Origin: a virus
Taxonomy: Duplodnaviria > Caudoviricetes
Reading direction: 5' to 3' (one strand)
DNA length: 53,859 nt
IMG/VR virus record: IMGVR_UViG_3300020388_000023
Span: 1-53,859 of that record
Positions 1 through 8,120 of the stretch are shown here, one piece after another. Within the stretch, counting starts at the first letter, position 1. The number at the start of each line of letters is the position of its first letter. Under the pieces are notes generated by a model that was given only the letters and a program-made list of their open reading frames with translations, did not search any database and was not told where the DNA came from. Position numbers and translations under genes: made by a program.

Positions 1-1
1 T

Positions 2-325
2 TCTTTCATGTGCAAAATGTGTTAATTCGTTTACTAATGCGGGATGCATTGTTGGTGATCCTCCTGTTAGCATCATTTCTTTAACATGAGGGTTTTCATC
101 ATATATTTTAATAATGTCGTTGAAGGTAAATGTTCCTTTTTCTGGATGTATTGATGTGTACCATGAGTCACACCATCCACCTTCGCCAAAGTAACAACGG
201 TGAGTACACCCTGTTGTTCTTACAGCTATGGTTGGTCTTCCAAAACGACTTCCTTCTGATTGTACACAGCGGTACAATTCAAGTATAGGAAGTGTTTTAT
301 CGTAATGTTTAATTCTTTTATTCAT
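2..325 (-). CDS. queE: 7-carboxy-7-deazaguanine synthase QueE (radical SAM), 5' part; runs off the left edge
   Basis: Not in the ORF track. Manual translation from ATG at 325 gives MNKRIKHYDKTLPILELYRCVQSEGSRFGRPTIAVRTTGCTHRCYFGEGGWCDSWY...MLTGGSPTMH. This has QueE-type QxEG...GxP..vR..GC..C..WCD and TGGxP motifs and lies next to queC. Confidence 0.9.
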   Translation of the reverse strand, partial: MNKRIKHYDKTLPILELYRCVQSEGSRFGRPTIAVRTTGCTHRCYFGEGGWCDSWYTSIHPEKGTFTFNDIIKIYDENPHVKEMMLTGGSPTMHPALVNELTHFAHER

Positions 326-1148
326 GTGCCGCTAATAATGCTGTTACGTGTTCTTTTGCTATCATCCATCCATCAACATATTCGACTGGGTCTTTTCTTC
401 CTAATTTGAGGAAAGCTTCAATTCGTTCTACTGATGATGCTGATTTGTAATCTGACAAACCTTCAGCTGTTGGTTTGTATGATGTGTTTGTACGTTTGTA
501 AACTTCATCAAAATCTAAACCTAATTCTTTACAACATTCTTCACCATCTTTTAAAATGTCAAATTTGTCACCATCTAAGTAGGGTGTAGTGTAGGTTACT
601 TGATCAGCATCCCAATTACCTTGTTTAAATGCTTCATAATCTGCGTCTCTAAATTCTTGACGACAGTCAGGATAAATTGCATGATCACCTGCATGGATAC
701 CCATTGCTATTTCTACTGGGCAATTCTTAGTGTTTGCAATTGATAATGCAATTGCTTGAATTATTGAAGAGAACATTTTGTTACGGTTTGGTACAACCGT
801 ATCTTTCATGTTGTCTTCTTCATAATGACCTTCTGGAACGTCAGCTCCACCTTCAACTAAATTAGATTCAAGTAAATCGACTAAACCATCTAATTTAATT
901 ACTTTATATTTAACTTTGTTTTCAAAATTATGAACAATTGTTGTACCTGCTTCATTTTTAGCAACTACTTGATCTTTATTATCATTAATGTAGTTTACTA
1001 ATTCTTGAGCTCGGTCTAATTCAACTCTGTGTTTTTGACCATAATCGAAACTAACTGCGGTTACGTCATAACCTTCAGCTAATAGACGTAGTAACACTGT
1101 ACTACTGTCCATTCCCCCACTTAGGGATAAAACTGCTTGTTTATTCAT
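318..1148 (-). CDS. queC: 7-cyano-7-deazaguanine synthase QueC (lacks the Zn-binding cysteines)
   Basis: SLSGGMDS PP-loop, FDYGQKH, TVVPNRN, GIHAGDHAIYPDCR. The likely start is ATG at 1148 (MNKQAV), overlapping the upstream stop. Confidence 0.93.
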   Translation of the reverse strand: MNKQAVLSLSGGMDSSTVLLRLLAEGYDVTAVSFDYGQKHRVELDRAQELVNYINDNKDQVVAKNEAGTTIVHNFENKVKYKVIKLDGLVDLLESNLVEGGADVPEGHYEEDNMKDTVVPNRNKMFSSIIQAIALSIANTKNCPVEIAMGIHAGDHAIYPDCRQEFRDADYEAFKQGNWDADQVTYTTPYLDGDKFDILKDGEECCKELGLDFDEVYKRTNTSYKPTAEGLSDYKSASSVERIEAFLKLGRKDPVEYVDGWMIAKEHVTALLAAHE

Positions 1149-1614
1149 TTTCTTCATTATTTAAGTGTTGATCTCTTTCTTCGTGTTCCCAAATACCATC
1201 TACGTTAAATTCATGCCAATGTACACGGCCTTCTAATATAGCGTTTTTAATATTTTTCTGATGTCCGTTTAAATTTGAATTACCACTTTTTACTTCTATA
1301 AAATGTACAGAACATTTTTTCTTACTTCCTCTATTTGCAAATGCAATGTAATCAATTGGTTTTCCAAAAAATTGTACGTCTTTGGGATCTACTGGAAAGT
1401 CTTCCATGAATGGAACATAATGTTCGATTGTTTTTCCAAAACTTACTGCTCTTGATCTTGAATATGCGTCTTCACGAATTCTTTTTTCTTCTTTGGTTTT
1501 CCATTTTGCTAAATAAGATTCAGCTTTTCGTTGTGCTATTTTATCATGTGAAATGTAAATGTAAGCTGCAAAACCTAAAGCACATATTGTAATTGTAATT
1601 AATATTGATATCAT
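1141..1614 (-). CDS. PD-(D/E)XK endonuclease (Holliday-junction-resolvase-like) with N-terminal transmembrane anchor
   Basis: Hydrophobic N-terminus ILITITICALGFAAYIYI, SRAVSFGKTIEH, FFGKPIDYIAF...HFIEVKSG. Confidence 0.75.
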   Translation of the reverse strand: MISILITITICALGFAAYIYISHDKIAQRKAESYLAKWKTKEEKRIREDAYSRSRAVSFGKTIEHYVPFMEDFPVDPKDVQFFGKPIDYIAFANRGSKKKCSVHFIEVKSGNSNLNGHQKNIKNAILEGRVHWHEFNVDGIWEHEERDQHLNNEENE

Positions 1615-1617
1615 AAT

Positions 1618-2430
1618 TTATTTGTTGTAAGCGTCTGTTATTAGACGTTTGAATTGGTTTAAATTGTAGTTTATATCATATAAGACTTTTTGATCTAAAT
1701 GTACTAATCCTATTTGATCTATTTTTACTGATTCTTTTTCTAATAAACCAAAAGATTTGTATTGTTTACCTTTTAAACCGTGAATTATTGGGTTAGATGT
1801 GTCTATAGATTCAATAAAAGGAAAGTCAGGATAATAACTAAATTCCTGTGGTAGTGCACATCCTAATAAATGTACTCTGTCTTTATCTTTTATTAATCCC
1901 GCTTTATACATCTTTGATATAGTCATTATACGACCCATCATTTTACCAACCAAAGGATTTGGGTGAGGAAATTGTTCGGCATACCAATCAGCACCATAAC
2001 TAAATGCTATTTTTTGGTACCCTAAATGATTTTTAAGAATATGGTAACATTCAAATGCTGAAGCATAATCGTGTGCTTGTACAACTGCTACTTTAGTAGT
2101 GCCTTCAGGTAATTCTACTTGTGACCATTTTCGTGCATTGATAATTGTTTGGTTTTTATCTTGCCAAACATCTGGAACTATAAATTCATCTGGTTCTAAT
2201 TCATTAATCCAATACATTAGGCGGTCTGTATCGTATGCTTTGCCTAATTCGTGGAGTGAATTATCCATTACAATGTAACTTCCTGATTCTCGTGCATCAC
2301 GAAAATGTTGCTCATATAATGGACTTTGATCTAATAAATGAGGCAAACAATATTCGTAATCATTAATTTCAAAACTCCTACTAAGCATGTTTATAGGTAG
2401 TTCATGCGAAATTTTAGGAATTTTTGACAT
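1618..2430 (-). CDS. Divergent TGT-fold protein, probable DpdA-like DNA 7-deazaguanine transglycosylase
   Basis: Ordered TGT/DpdA-like TIM-barrel motifs IVMDNS, VPDVW, VAVVQ, VHLLG, ESIDTSNP; located between queD and queC. Confidence 0.65.
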   Translation of the reverse strand: MSKIPKISHELPINMLSRSFEINDYEYCLPHLLDQSPLYEQHFRDARESGSYIVMDNSLHELGKAYDTDRLMYWINELEPDEFIVPDVWQDKNQTIINARKWSQVELPEGTTKVAVVQAHDYASAFECYHILKNHLGYQKIAFSYGADWYAEQFPHPNPLVGKMMGRIMTISKMYKAGLIKDKDRVHLLGCALPQEFSYYPDFPFIESIDTSNPIIHGLKGKQYKSFGLLEKESVKIDQIGLVHLDQKVLYDINYNLNQFKRLITDAYNK

Positions 2431-2662
2431 TGTTGCTTTTTTTAGATTTTTTAGACTTGCCCTTCTTTTGGTTTTGGGTTTGAGGGTGTTCTATTATGTA
2501 CTTTAATTTAGCACGTTGTTTAATAGCACCTACACCTTCACCTAGGCGTCGATTTAAATCATTTAACTTTTGTTGTGGGGTCATATTATCCCACACTTGT
2601 TGCCTTTCTAAGGCTTCACTTTGACGGAGCTCTTTGCGTCCCCTTCTAGTCAATCCACTCAT
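2414..2662 (-). CDS. Hypothetical small basic protein
   Basis: 82-aa K/R-rich ORF, co-oriented, overlaps the downstream gene. Confidence 0.6.
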   Translation of the reverse strand: MSGLTRRGRKELRQSEALERQQVWDNMTPQQKLNDLNRRLGEGVGAIKQRAKLKYIIEHPQTQNQKKGKSKKSKKSNNVKNS

Positions 2663-2673
2663 AGTTTATTGTT

Positions 2674-3162
2674 TTATTCTGTGTATATTGATGAATTTCT
2701 GTCGGCTTCCCAACATTCTACTTTTACTACTTTTACTCTACCACCACCTGTTAAGGCTAAACGTTCGTTAAATTTATCATAAACTAATTTAGCACAAGAT
2801 TCGGCTCCCATTTTATCCATAACTCTTAAAGATAAAGTGCCTAATTCTTCCATCATTTGGAATGATTCTAATTGTGGGTCATCTTTTTCTATTAAACATG
2901 TATGGTCCCACATATAATTCATCCAATCTTTTAAACCATTACCTGGTGTTGGTTCTGCGTCTGTTGATTTGAACCCACCATAATCCATAATCCAATTCAT
3001 TTCGTCTAATTGGTTTTCTTCTAATGGTTCGTGAGATTCAAACCATACTTTAAATTTTAAAGCATATCCATGAAGTAACTCACAATGTGAATGTGCAGCT
3101 TTATGTTGTCTTAAGGCTACAGAATAATTATCAAATAATTTGGTTGATTGGTATTTTGCCAT
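2674..3162 (-). CDS. queD: 6-carboxy-5,6,7,8-tetrahydropterin synthase QueD-like (T-fold)
   Basis: HCELLHGY, WIMDYGG, WDHT, GAES, VECWE motifs; cluster context. Confidence 0.88.
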   Translation of the reverse strand: MAKYQSTKLFDNYSVALRQHKAAHSHCELLHGYALKFKVWFESHEPLEENQLDEMNWIMDYGGFKSTDAEPTPGNGLKDWMNYMWDHTCLIEKDDPQLESFQMMEELGTLSLRVMDKMGAESCAKLVYDKFNERLALTGGGRVKVVKVECWEADRNSSIYTE

Positions 3163-3177
3163 AACTTTTATTTTTTA

Positions 3178-3209
3178 TTAATATACGACCTTATTCTTGG
3201 TCGTCCAAA
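3178..3209 (-). promoter_or_regulatory. Bacteroidota primary-sigma-like promoter upstream of queD
   Basis: Minus strand reads TTTG-N20-TATATTAA, resembling the TTTG(-33)/TAnnTTTG(-7) consensus; the box ends 15 nt before the queD ATG. Confidence 0.55.
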
Positions 3210-3376
3210 TAATCCTTGTATTTTGTTTTTAAGATTTTATCAAAAGATTCTGCTTGTTCTTTTAATTTATCTATTTGATCTAAATTTTCAATGTCTAGAT
3301 TTTCTAAATTATCTACAAACGATAGAATTTTGTTCATATCGTTTTCTAATTCTTCAGGGTTAATTGGTTTCTTCAT
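3191..3376 (-). CDS. Hypothetical acidic protein
   Basis: 61-aa ORF, co-oriented, overlaps its neighbour. Confidence 0.55.
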   Translation of the reverse strand: MKKPINPEELENDMNKILSFVDNLENLDIENLDQIDKLKEQAESFDKILKTKYKDYLDDQE

Positions 3377-3548
3377 AACTTACTTCTTTTATTTCATCAC
3401 AAAAATAGAATTTATGATCTTTTTTTAATATTGTATCACAATGCCATAAAATTTTTAAAGGAGTTAAATCTACTCCTTTTTTAAAATGATGTGTTTTTAT
3501 TTTTCGTTTAACTACGAACATTTTACTATTATAGTGTACGTATTCCAT
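3360..3548 (-). CDS. Hypothetical protein
   Basis: 62-aa ORF, TAATG-coupled to the thioesterase gene. Confidence 0.6.
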   Translation of the reverse strand: MEYVHYNSKMFVVKRKIKTHHFKKGVDLTPLKILWHCDTILKKDHKFYFCDEIKEVSYEETN

Positions 3549-3931
3549 TAACTGTATTTTAGTCTTACTCTTTCTGAGATAGGGAGTGAATCGCCTTGTT
3601 CATCTATTCGTACAAACTTTATTTTAGTAGACAAAATAACTTTTTGGGCTCCATTGTATACACTGTGGGATCTAGCTTCCATATTTAAAGTTACACTAGT
3701 GTTACCTATTTTGTCTACACTTGCATATATTTTAATTAAAGATCCTTCTTTTGCGGGTCTTTTAAAAATACATTTGTCTATAGCTACTGTAACTACTCTT
3801 GGGGTATCACAAACTTGGGATGCATAAGCTGCTGCTGATGCATCTATCCAAGCTAGTAACTTTCCTCCAAACAGATTTGAATGAAATCCTAAATCTGATT
3901 TTTTTACTGGGTGTGTTGTAATTAATTCCAT
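3548..3931 (-). CDS. Acyl-CoA thioesterase (HotDog fold, YciA-like)
   Basis: DLGFHSNLFGGKLLAWID, VVTVAID..F..P, GNTS, FVRIDEQG. Likely start is ATG at 3931, TAATG-coupled to nrdA. Confidence 0.85.
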   Translation of the reverse strand: MELITTHPVKKSDLGFHSNLFGGKLLAWIDASAAAYASQVCDTPRVVTVAIDKCIFKRPAKEGSLIKIYASVDKIGNTSVTLNMEARSHSVYNGAQKVILSTKIKFVRIDEQGDSLPISERVRLKYS

Positions 3932-5643
3932 TATCCGTCGCAACTTACACAATCAACTGTTCTACTTCCTAAATCACCTTTTATTACTGAATCTGTTCGT
4001 AAGTAATACAGTGTTTTTACTCCTAACTTCCATGCTTCTAAATGAACTTGATTAATCCATTTTGGTGAGTCGGTTGGTGCAAAAGCTAAATTAAGTGATT
4101 GTGTTTGGTCTATATATTTTTGTCTAACTGCCGCTTGTTGAACTAATGCTAGTTGATTTGTTTCAGCAAATGTTAAAAATACTTCTTTGTCTTCTTCAGG
4201 TAAAATTTCATTTGACAAATGTTGAACTGAACCACCATCTACTAAAATTTGATCCCAAACTTTTTCTGTATTAAATCCTCTTTCTGTAAGTAATTTTTCA
4301 AGTTCTTTGTTTTTAACAATAAATGTACCTTTTGCACCATTAAATGTGTAAACATTTGCTGGTTGTGGTTCAATCCCCGCAGAACATCCTGAAATGCGAC
4401 TGTTTGAAACAGTAGGCGCAATTGCCATTACGTGAGTGTTTCTCATACCTGTTCCTTTACACCACAGCGGCTCTCCATATTCTACAGCTAATTTTCTTGA
4501 TGCTGCTTCAGCTTCCATTTTAACTTTAGACATTATTGTGTGTGTCCAAGCTGTTGAGGCAATTGATGTAAATGGTAAATTTTTCTTTTGTAAAAATGTA
4601 TGCCACCCCATTACACCTAATCCTAATGCACGACCTTTTTTAGCGTGATTGTGAGTACGTCTCATTGCTTCTTTTCCGTTGGTTTTGTCAATAAATTCTT
4701 GCATTACACCATCCAAAAAGTAAGTGGCAATTTCAACCACATCTGTGTCTTTCCATTCATCATATTTTGCTAAATTTAATGAACTTAAACAACATATAAA
4801 TGAATGTTCTTCATCTGTGTGTAATGTTATCTCAGTACAAATATTTGTCATTGAAACATGAAGATTATTCATCATATACGCAAGAGGATTGTCTTTATTG
4901 ACATTGTCTTCAAACATAATGTAAGGTTCTCCTGTTTCCATTCTTGATTTAAGAATTTCTAACCAAATTGCCATTGCATCTTGATCTCTGTCATTTAATT
5001 TACGCATAAATGAATCATCTACAACTACACATTGATGTAAATTTAAACATTGACGATTTGGATCGCCTTTTGGTCTTCGAATTTGTAAGAATTCTTGGAT
5101 GTCTGGATGATTAACATTTAAGTTAACAGATGCTGCTCCTCTACGAACATTACCTTGGTTGGTAGCAATAATTGAAGAATCGTAAATTTTACACCAAGGC
5201 ACTACACCTTCAGACTTACCATTTCCTGTGATTTCTTCTCCTCTTGGTCTAATTCTAGAAACAGAAACACCAACACCCCCACCTGAAGCTGTTAATTTCA
5301 TTAATTCAGCATTAGTTAAGCCAATTCCTCTAACAGAATCTGGAGTGTCTACACCAAAACATGAAATAGGTAAACCTCTGTCTGTTCCTGTGTTTGACAA
5401 TACAGGTGAGGCTAAACCAATCCAACCATTCCAAATATATTTGAAAAATTTAGATTCTAAATCAAGTCTATTTAATCTTATTGCAACTGCGTGTGCTACA
5501 CGTTTGTATGCCTTTCTTGGTGTTTCTCCTGGTAAAAGATATCCTTTTGAAATTGTAGACAATGCTACTTCATCCATAAAATCGGGAAAATCTTTACCTC
5601 TCTCCCATTGAGAGTAATCTGCTACTAAACTGTTATTATCCAT
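3931..5643 (-). CDS. nrdA: Class I ribonucleotide reductase alpha subunit (short, no ATP cone)
   Basis: LPISCF, GGGVG, RRGA, TNICTE (catalytic NxCxE), CCLSS, AIAPT, KTLYY, C-terminal CVSC. Confidence 0.95.
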   Translation of the reverse strand: MDNNSLVADYSQWERGKDFPDFMDEVALSTISKGYLLPGETPRKAYKRVAHAVAIRLNRLDLESKFFKYIWNGWIGLASPVLSNTGTDRGLPISCFGVDTPDSVRGIGLTNAELMKLTASGGGVGVSVSRIRPRGEEITGNGKSEGVVPWCKIYDSSIIATNQGNVRRGAASVNLNVNHPDIQEFLQIRRPKGDPNRQCLNLHQCVVVDDSFMRKLNDRDQDAMAIWLEILKSRMETGEPYIMFEDNVNKDNPLAYMMNNLHVSMTNICTEITLHTDEEHSFICCLSSLNLAKYDEWKDTDVVEIATYFLDGVMQEFIDKTNGKEAMRRTHNHAKKGRALGLGVMGWHTFLQKKNLPFTSIASTAWTHTIMSKVKMEAEAASRKLAVEYGEPLWCKGTGMRNTHVMAIAPTVSNSRISGCSAGIEPQPANVYTFNGAKGTFIVKNKELEKLLTERGFNTEKVWDQILVDGGSVQHLSNEILPEEDKEVFLTFAETNQLALVQQAAVRQKYIDQTQSLNLAFAPTDSPKWINQVHLEAWKLGVKTLYYLRTDSVIKGDLGSRTVDCVSCDG

Positions 5644-5652
5644 TGTATTTCT

Positions 5653-6639
5653 TTAAAATATTGATGCTGCGTCCCATTCCATTGTTCCTTTGCTGTAATT
5701 TGTTACTCTGTTTGCAAAGAAATCTGTGTGTTGTTTACCTGCAGATAAATGGTCAAACCATTTCATTCTACCTACAGCTGTCATGTCAACATTGTCTATT
5801 ATAGGTGCATAACCTAAATCTCCTAATTTTGTATTTACTCTGTTTTTAATAAAGTGAATTAAATCATCTTTATTACATCCTTCTAAATCTCCAAATTCAT
5901 AAACTTTTTCTATAAAATCAACTTCTAATTTTAAAGATAAAAGGGCAGCTTCATTTATTGCTGCTTCTAATTCTGGAGTATTTAATTCGGGGTGTTCTAA
6001 TAAAAGGGTTCTGAACAGCCAACAACCTGCGTCAGAATGCATTGATTCATCTCGAATTGACCATTCTACAATTTGTCCTACTCCTTTTAGTTTATTACGC
6101 ATTTTAAATGACAATAAAACGGCAAAAGAACTGAATAAATTAACTCCCTCGGTGAATGCACTAAATATAGCGAGTGACTTTGCTCTCTCGTGCCAATCAA
6201 TTTCTCCATCAAAGCTGTCTCTTACATCCATTAATGTTTCAATTTTGGCCATTGTAGCTTCATCTTCCATAAATTCACTAAAGTCATCAAGACCCAATTC
6301 TTCATTTAATAAAGAATATGCTTCTGCGTGGATAGTTTCCATAGCACCAAATGTGGTTGCCATTGCAATAATTTCAGGTTTACGAAACCATTTTGTAACT
6401 AATCCTGTCCAATAGTCATTTACTACTGTTTCAGTTTGGGCAAAACCTTTTAAAATAGAACCTATAATATTTTTTTCTGTCTTTGTTAAATTTTGTTTCC
6501 AATCATTAACGTCTGACATCATAGGTACCTCTGTGTGGATCCAGTGTGCTTGTTGTTGTTTTAACCAATAATCATGAGCCTCTGGGTATTCAAAGGGTTT
6601 GTAAACGATGCGCTCAGTGAGCAAATCTTTCTTTGCCAT
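5653..6639 (-). CDS. nrdB: Class I ribonucleotide reductase beta subunit
   Basis: ETIHAEAY, EGVNLFSSF, RDESMH, HTDFF...Y C-terminus. Confidence 0.95.
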   Translation of the reverse strand: MAKKDLLTERIVYKPFEYPEAHDYWLKQQQAHWIHTEVPMMSDVNDWKQNLTKTEKNIIGSILKGFAQTETVVNDYWTGLVTKWFRKPEIIAMATTFGAMETIHAEAYSLLNEELGLDDFSEFMEDEATMAKIETLMDVRDSFDGEIDWHERAKSLAIFSAFTEGVNLFSSFAVLLSFKMRNKLKGVGQIVEWSIRDESMHSDAGCWLFRTLLLEHPELNTPELEAAINEAALLSLKLEVDFIEKVYEFGDLEGCNKDDLIHFIKNRVNTKLGDLGYAPIIDNVDMTAVGRMKWFDHLSAGKQHTDFFANRVTNYSKGTMEWDAASIF

Positions 6640-6660
6640 TGTTTTTTCTTTAAAAAGTGA

Positions 6661-6686
6661 ATAAATATATTAATTTCTAAGAAACC
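6661..6686 (-). promoter_or_regulatory. Phage promoter motif (GGTTT-N12-TATATTTAT) upstream of nrdB
   Basis: Plus strand ataaatat at 6661-6668 and aaacc at 6682-6686; the same arrangement lies upstream of the sheath and scaffold genes. Confidence 0.55.
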
Positions 6687-6704
6687 TAAATTAATCTACC
6701 AAAC

Positions 6705-6734
6705 AAAAATGAAGGCCTTTTGAGCCTTCTTTTT
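6705..6734 (-). terminator. Intrinsic terminator after the helicase gene (possibly bidirectional)
   Basis: GAAGGC-N7-GCCTTC stem flanked by A and T tracts. Confidence 0.65.
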
Positions 6735-6764
6735 AATCGAAATTATGTGAATATACATACCAAA

Positions 6765-8120
6765 CTAAGAAGTAAAATTAAAAGCATTTCCAGCATTTTG
6801 CAAATTTCTTCTGTCTCTTTGTGAAAAACCTCCGGGTGTAGAGGGAGAATTATCTTGGTCAGAATTTCCTGATCTTCTGTTTGTAACCTCTATTTTACCA
6901 ATCGCGGCATCCATTGTGGAATTAAAAGTCATACCGTCAGCGCCATATCTATTCTTCATAATATGCCAACGACCTGTTCCGTTTTCTTTGTCTTCATGAT
7001 TTCTAGATAAAGACATTGCAAAATCTGTAATCATCATTTTAGAATAGCTTTCTGCCATACGATCTCCTTGGATAATGTCTTCTCTTGCACCAGTTCTGTT
7101 AACTTGAGATGCTGTCCAAATTGGTAATTTCATTTGAGTTGCTAAACCTCTTAATCCAGTGTAAATGTCATCGAGTTTATCTCTTTTTTCTTTACTTGAT
7201 TTAGATGTTAAAAGATCAGCATAATCTACAATTACTAAGTCAGGATTAATACCTTGTTGGATACAATTTTCTAGATGTGCATGAATTGTATTTACTGTAG
7301 CTTGTCCTGCTGGGTATTCTCTAATGTAAAGACCACCTCTTAAACCTAATAATCTTTCTTCTACTATGTCTTTATTGTCAGGTAAATCTCCTACAGGTAT
7401 TTCTGTAAAATTAGCATCATATCTTCTACCAACATATTTTTCACCTAATTCTAAAGTATAGTGGATTACTGTGTATCCTAATTTGACTGCTTGTGCACCA
7501 ATAGCTACTAAAGCCCATGATTTACCACCACCAGGACCACCTGCTATCATTCCTAAATCTCCTCTTCCTAAACCACCTAATAGTAATGTATTAATAGCAG
7601 GCCATGGTGTTTCTATTGTAGATCTACTTTCTGCTCTATATCTGTCTTCTATTTCAGCAATATATTCATGACCTAAATCACGTTCAACACCTGCTTTAAG
7701 TGCTTTGTCAATTAAATTACGAATGTCATCATAATCACCCAATTCTAATAAATCTACAGATCTAATTAAAGCATTTTTTAGTGTTTGATTTTTACAGAAG
7801 TCAAGAAAAGTATCTTTAATATATTCAAGATCTTTTACTTGTGATGATTTGTATGTTTCTTTTAATTGTTCTTTTACAGCAACTGCTTGGACTTCATTTT
7901 GAATTCCTTCAACTTCAACCTTAAACACCTCCATTGTAGGTATAGTATGATATTCATTAAAATAAGTAAGTGTTTTACGAACAATCCATTTACTTGCGTC
8001 AGAATCAAAATAATCAGGAGACACAATGTCTGATGACTGTTGTAGGAAATCCCTATCCGTTACCAACGCAGCTAATGCTTTTGTTTGAAACGGGTGACCA
8101 TATTGTGTGAGTTTATTCAT
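6765..8120 (-). CDS. DnaB-family replicative helicase (T4 gp41-like)
   Basis: Walker A GGPGGGKS, YTLEL, IVDYADLL, WTASQVNR, MKNRYG. Confidence 0.93.
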   Translation of the reverse strand: MNKLTQYGHPFQTKALAALVTDRDFLQQSSDIVSPDYFDSDASKWIVRKTLTYFNEYHTIPTMEVFKVEVEGIQNEVQAVAVKEQLKETYKSSQVKDLEYIKDTFLDFCKNQTLKNALIRSVDLLELGDYDDIRNLIDKALKAGVERDLGHEYIAEIEDRYRAESRSTIETPWPAINTLLLGGLGRGDLGMIAGGPGGGKSWALVAIGAQAVKLGYTVIHYTLELGEKYVGRRYDANFTEIPVGDLPDNKDIVEERLLGLRGGLYIREYPAGQATVNTIHAHLENCIQQGINPDLVIVDYADLLTSKSSKEKRDKLDDIYTGLRGLATQMKLPIWTASQVNRTGAREDIIQGDRMAESYSKMMITDFAMSLSRNHEDKENGTGRWHIMKNRYGADGMTFNSTMDAAIGKIEVTNRRSGNSDQDNSPSTPGGFSQRDRRNLQNAGNAFNFTS

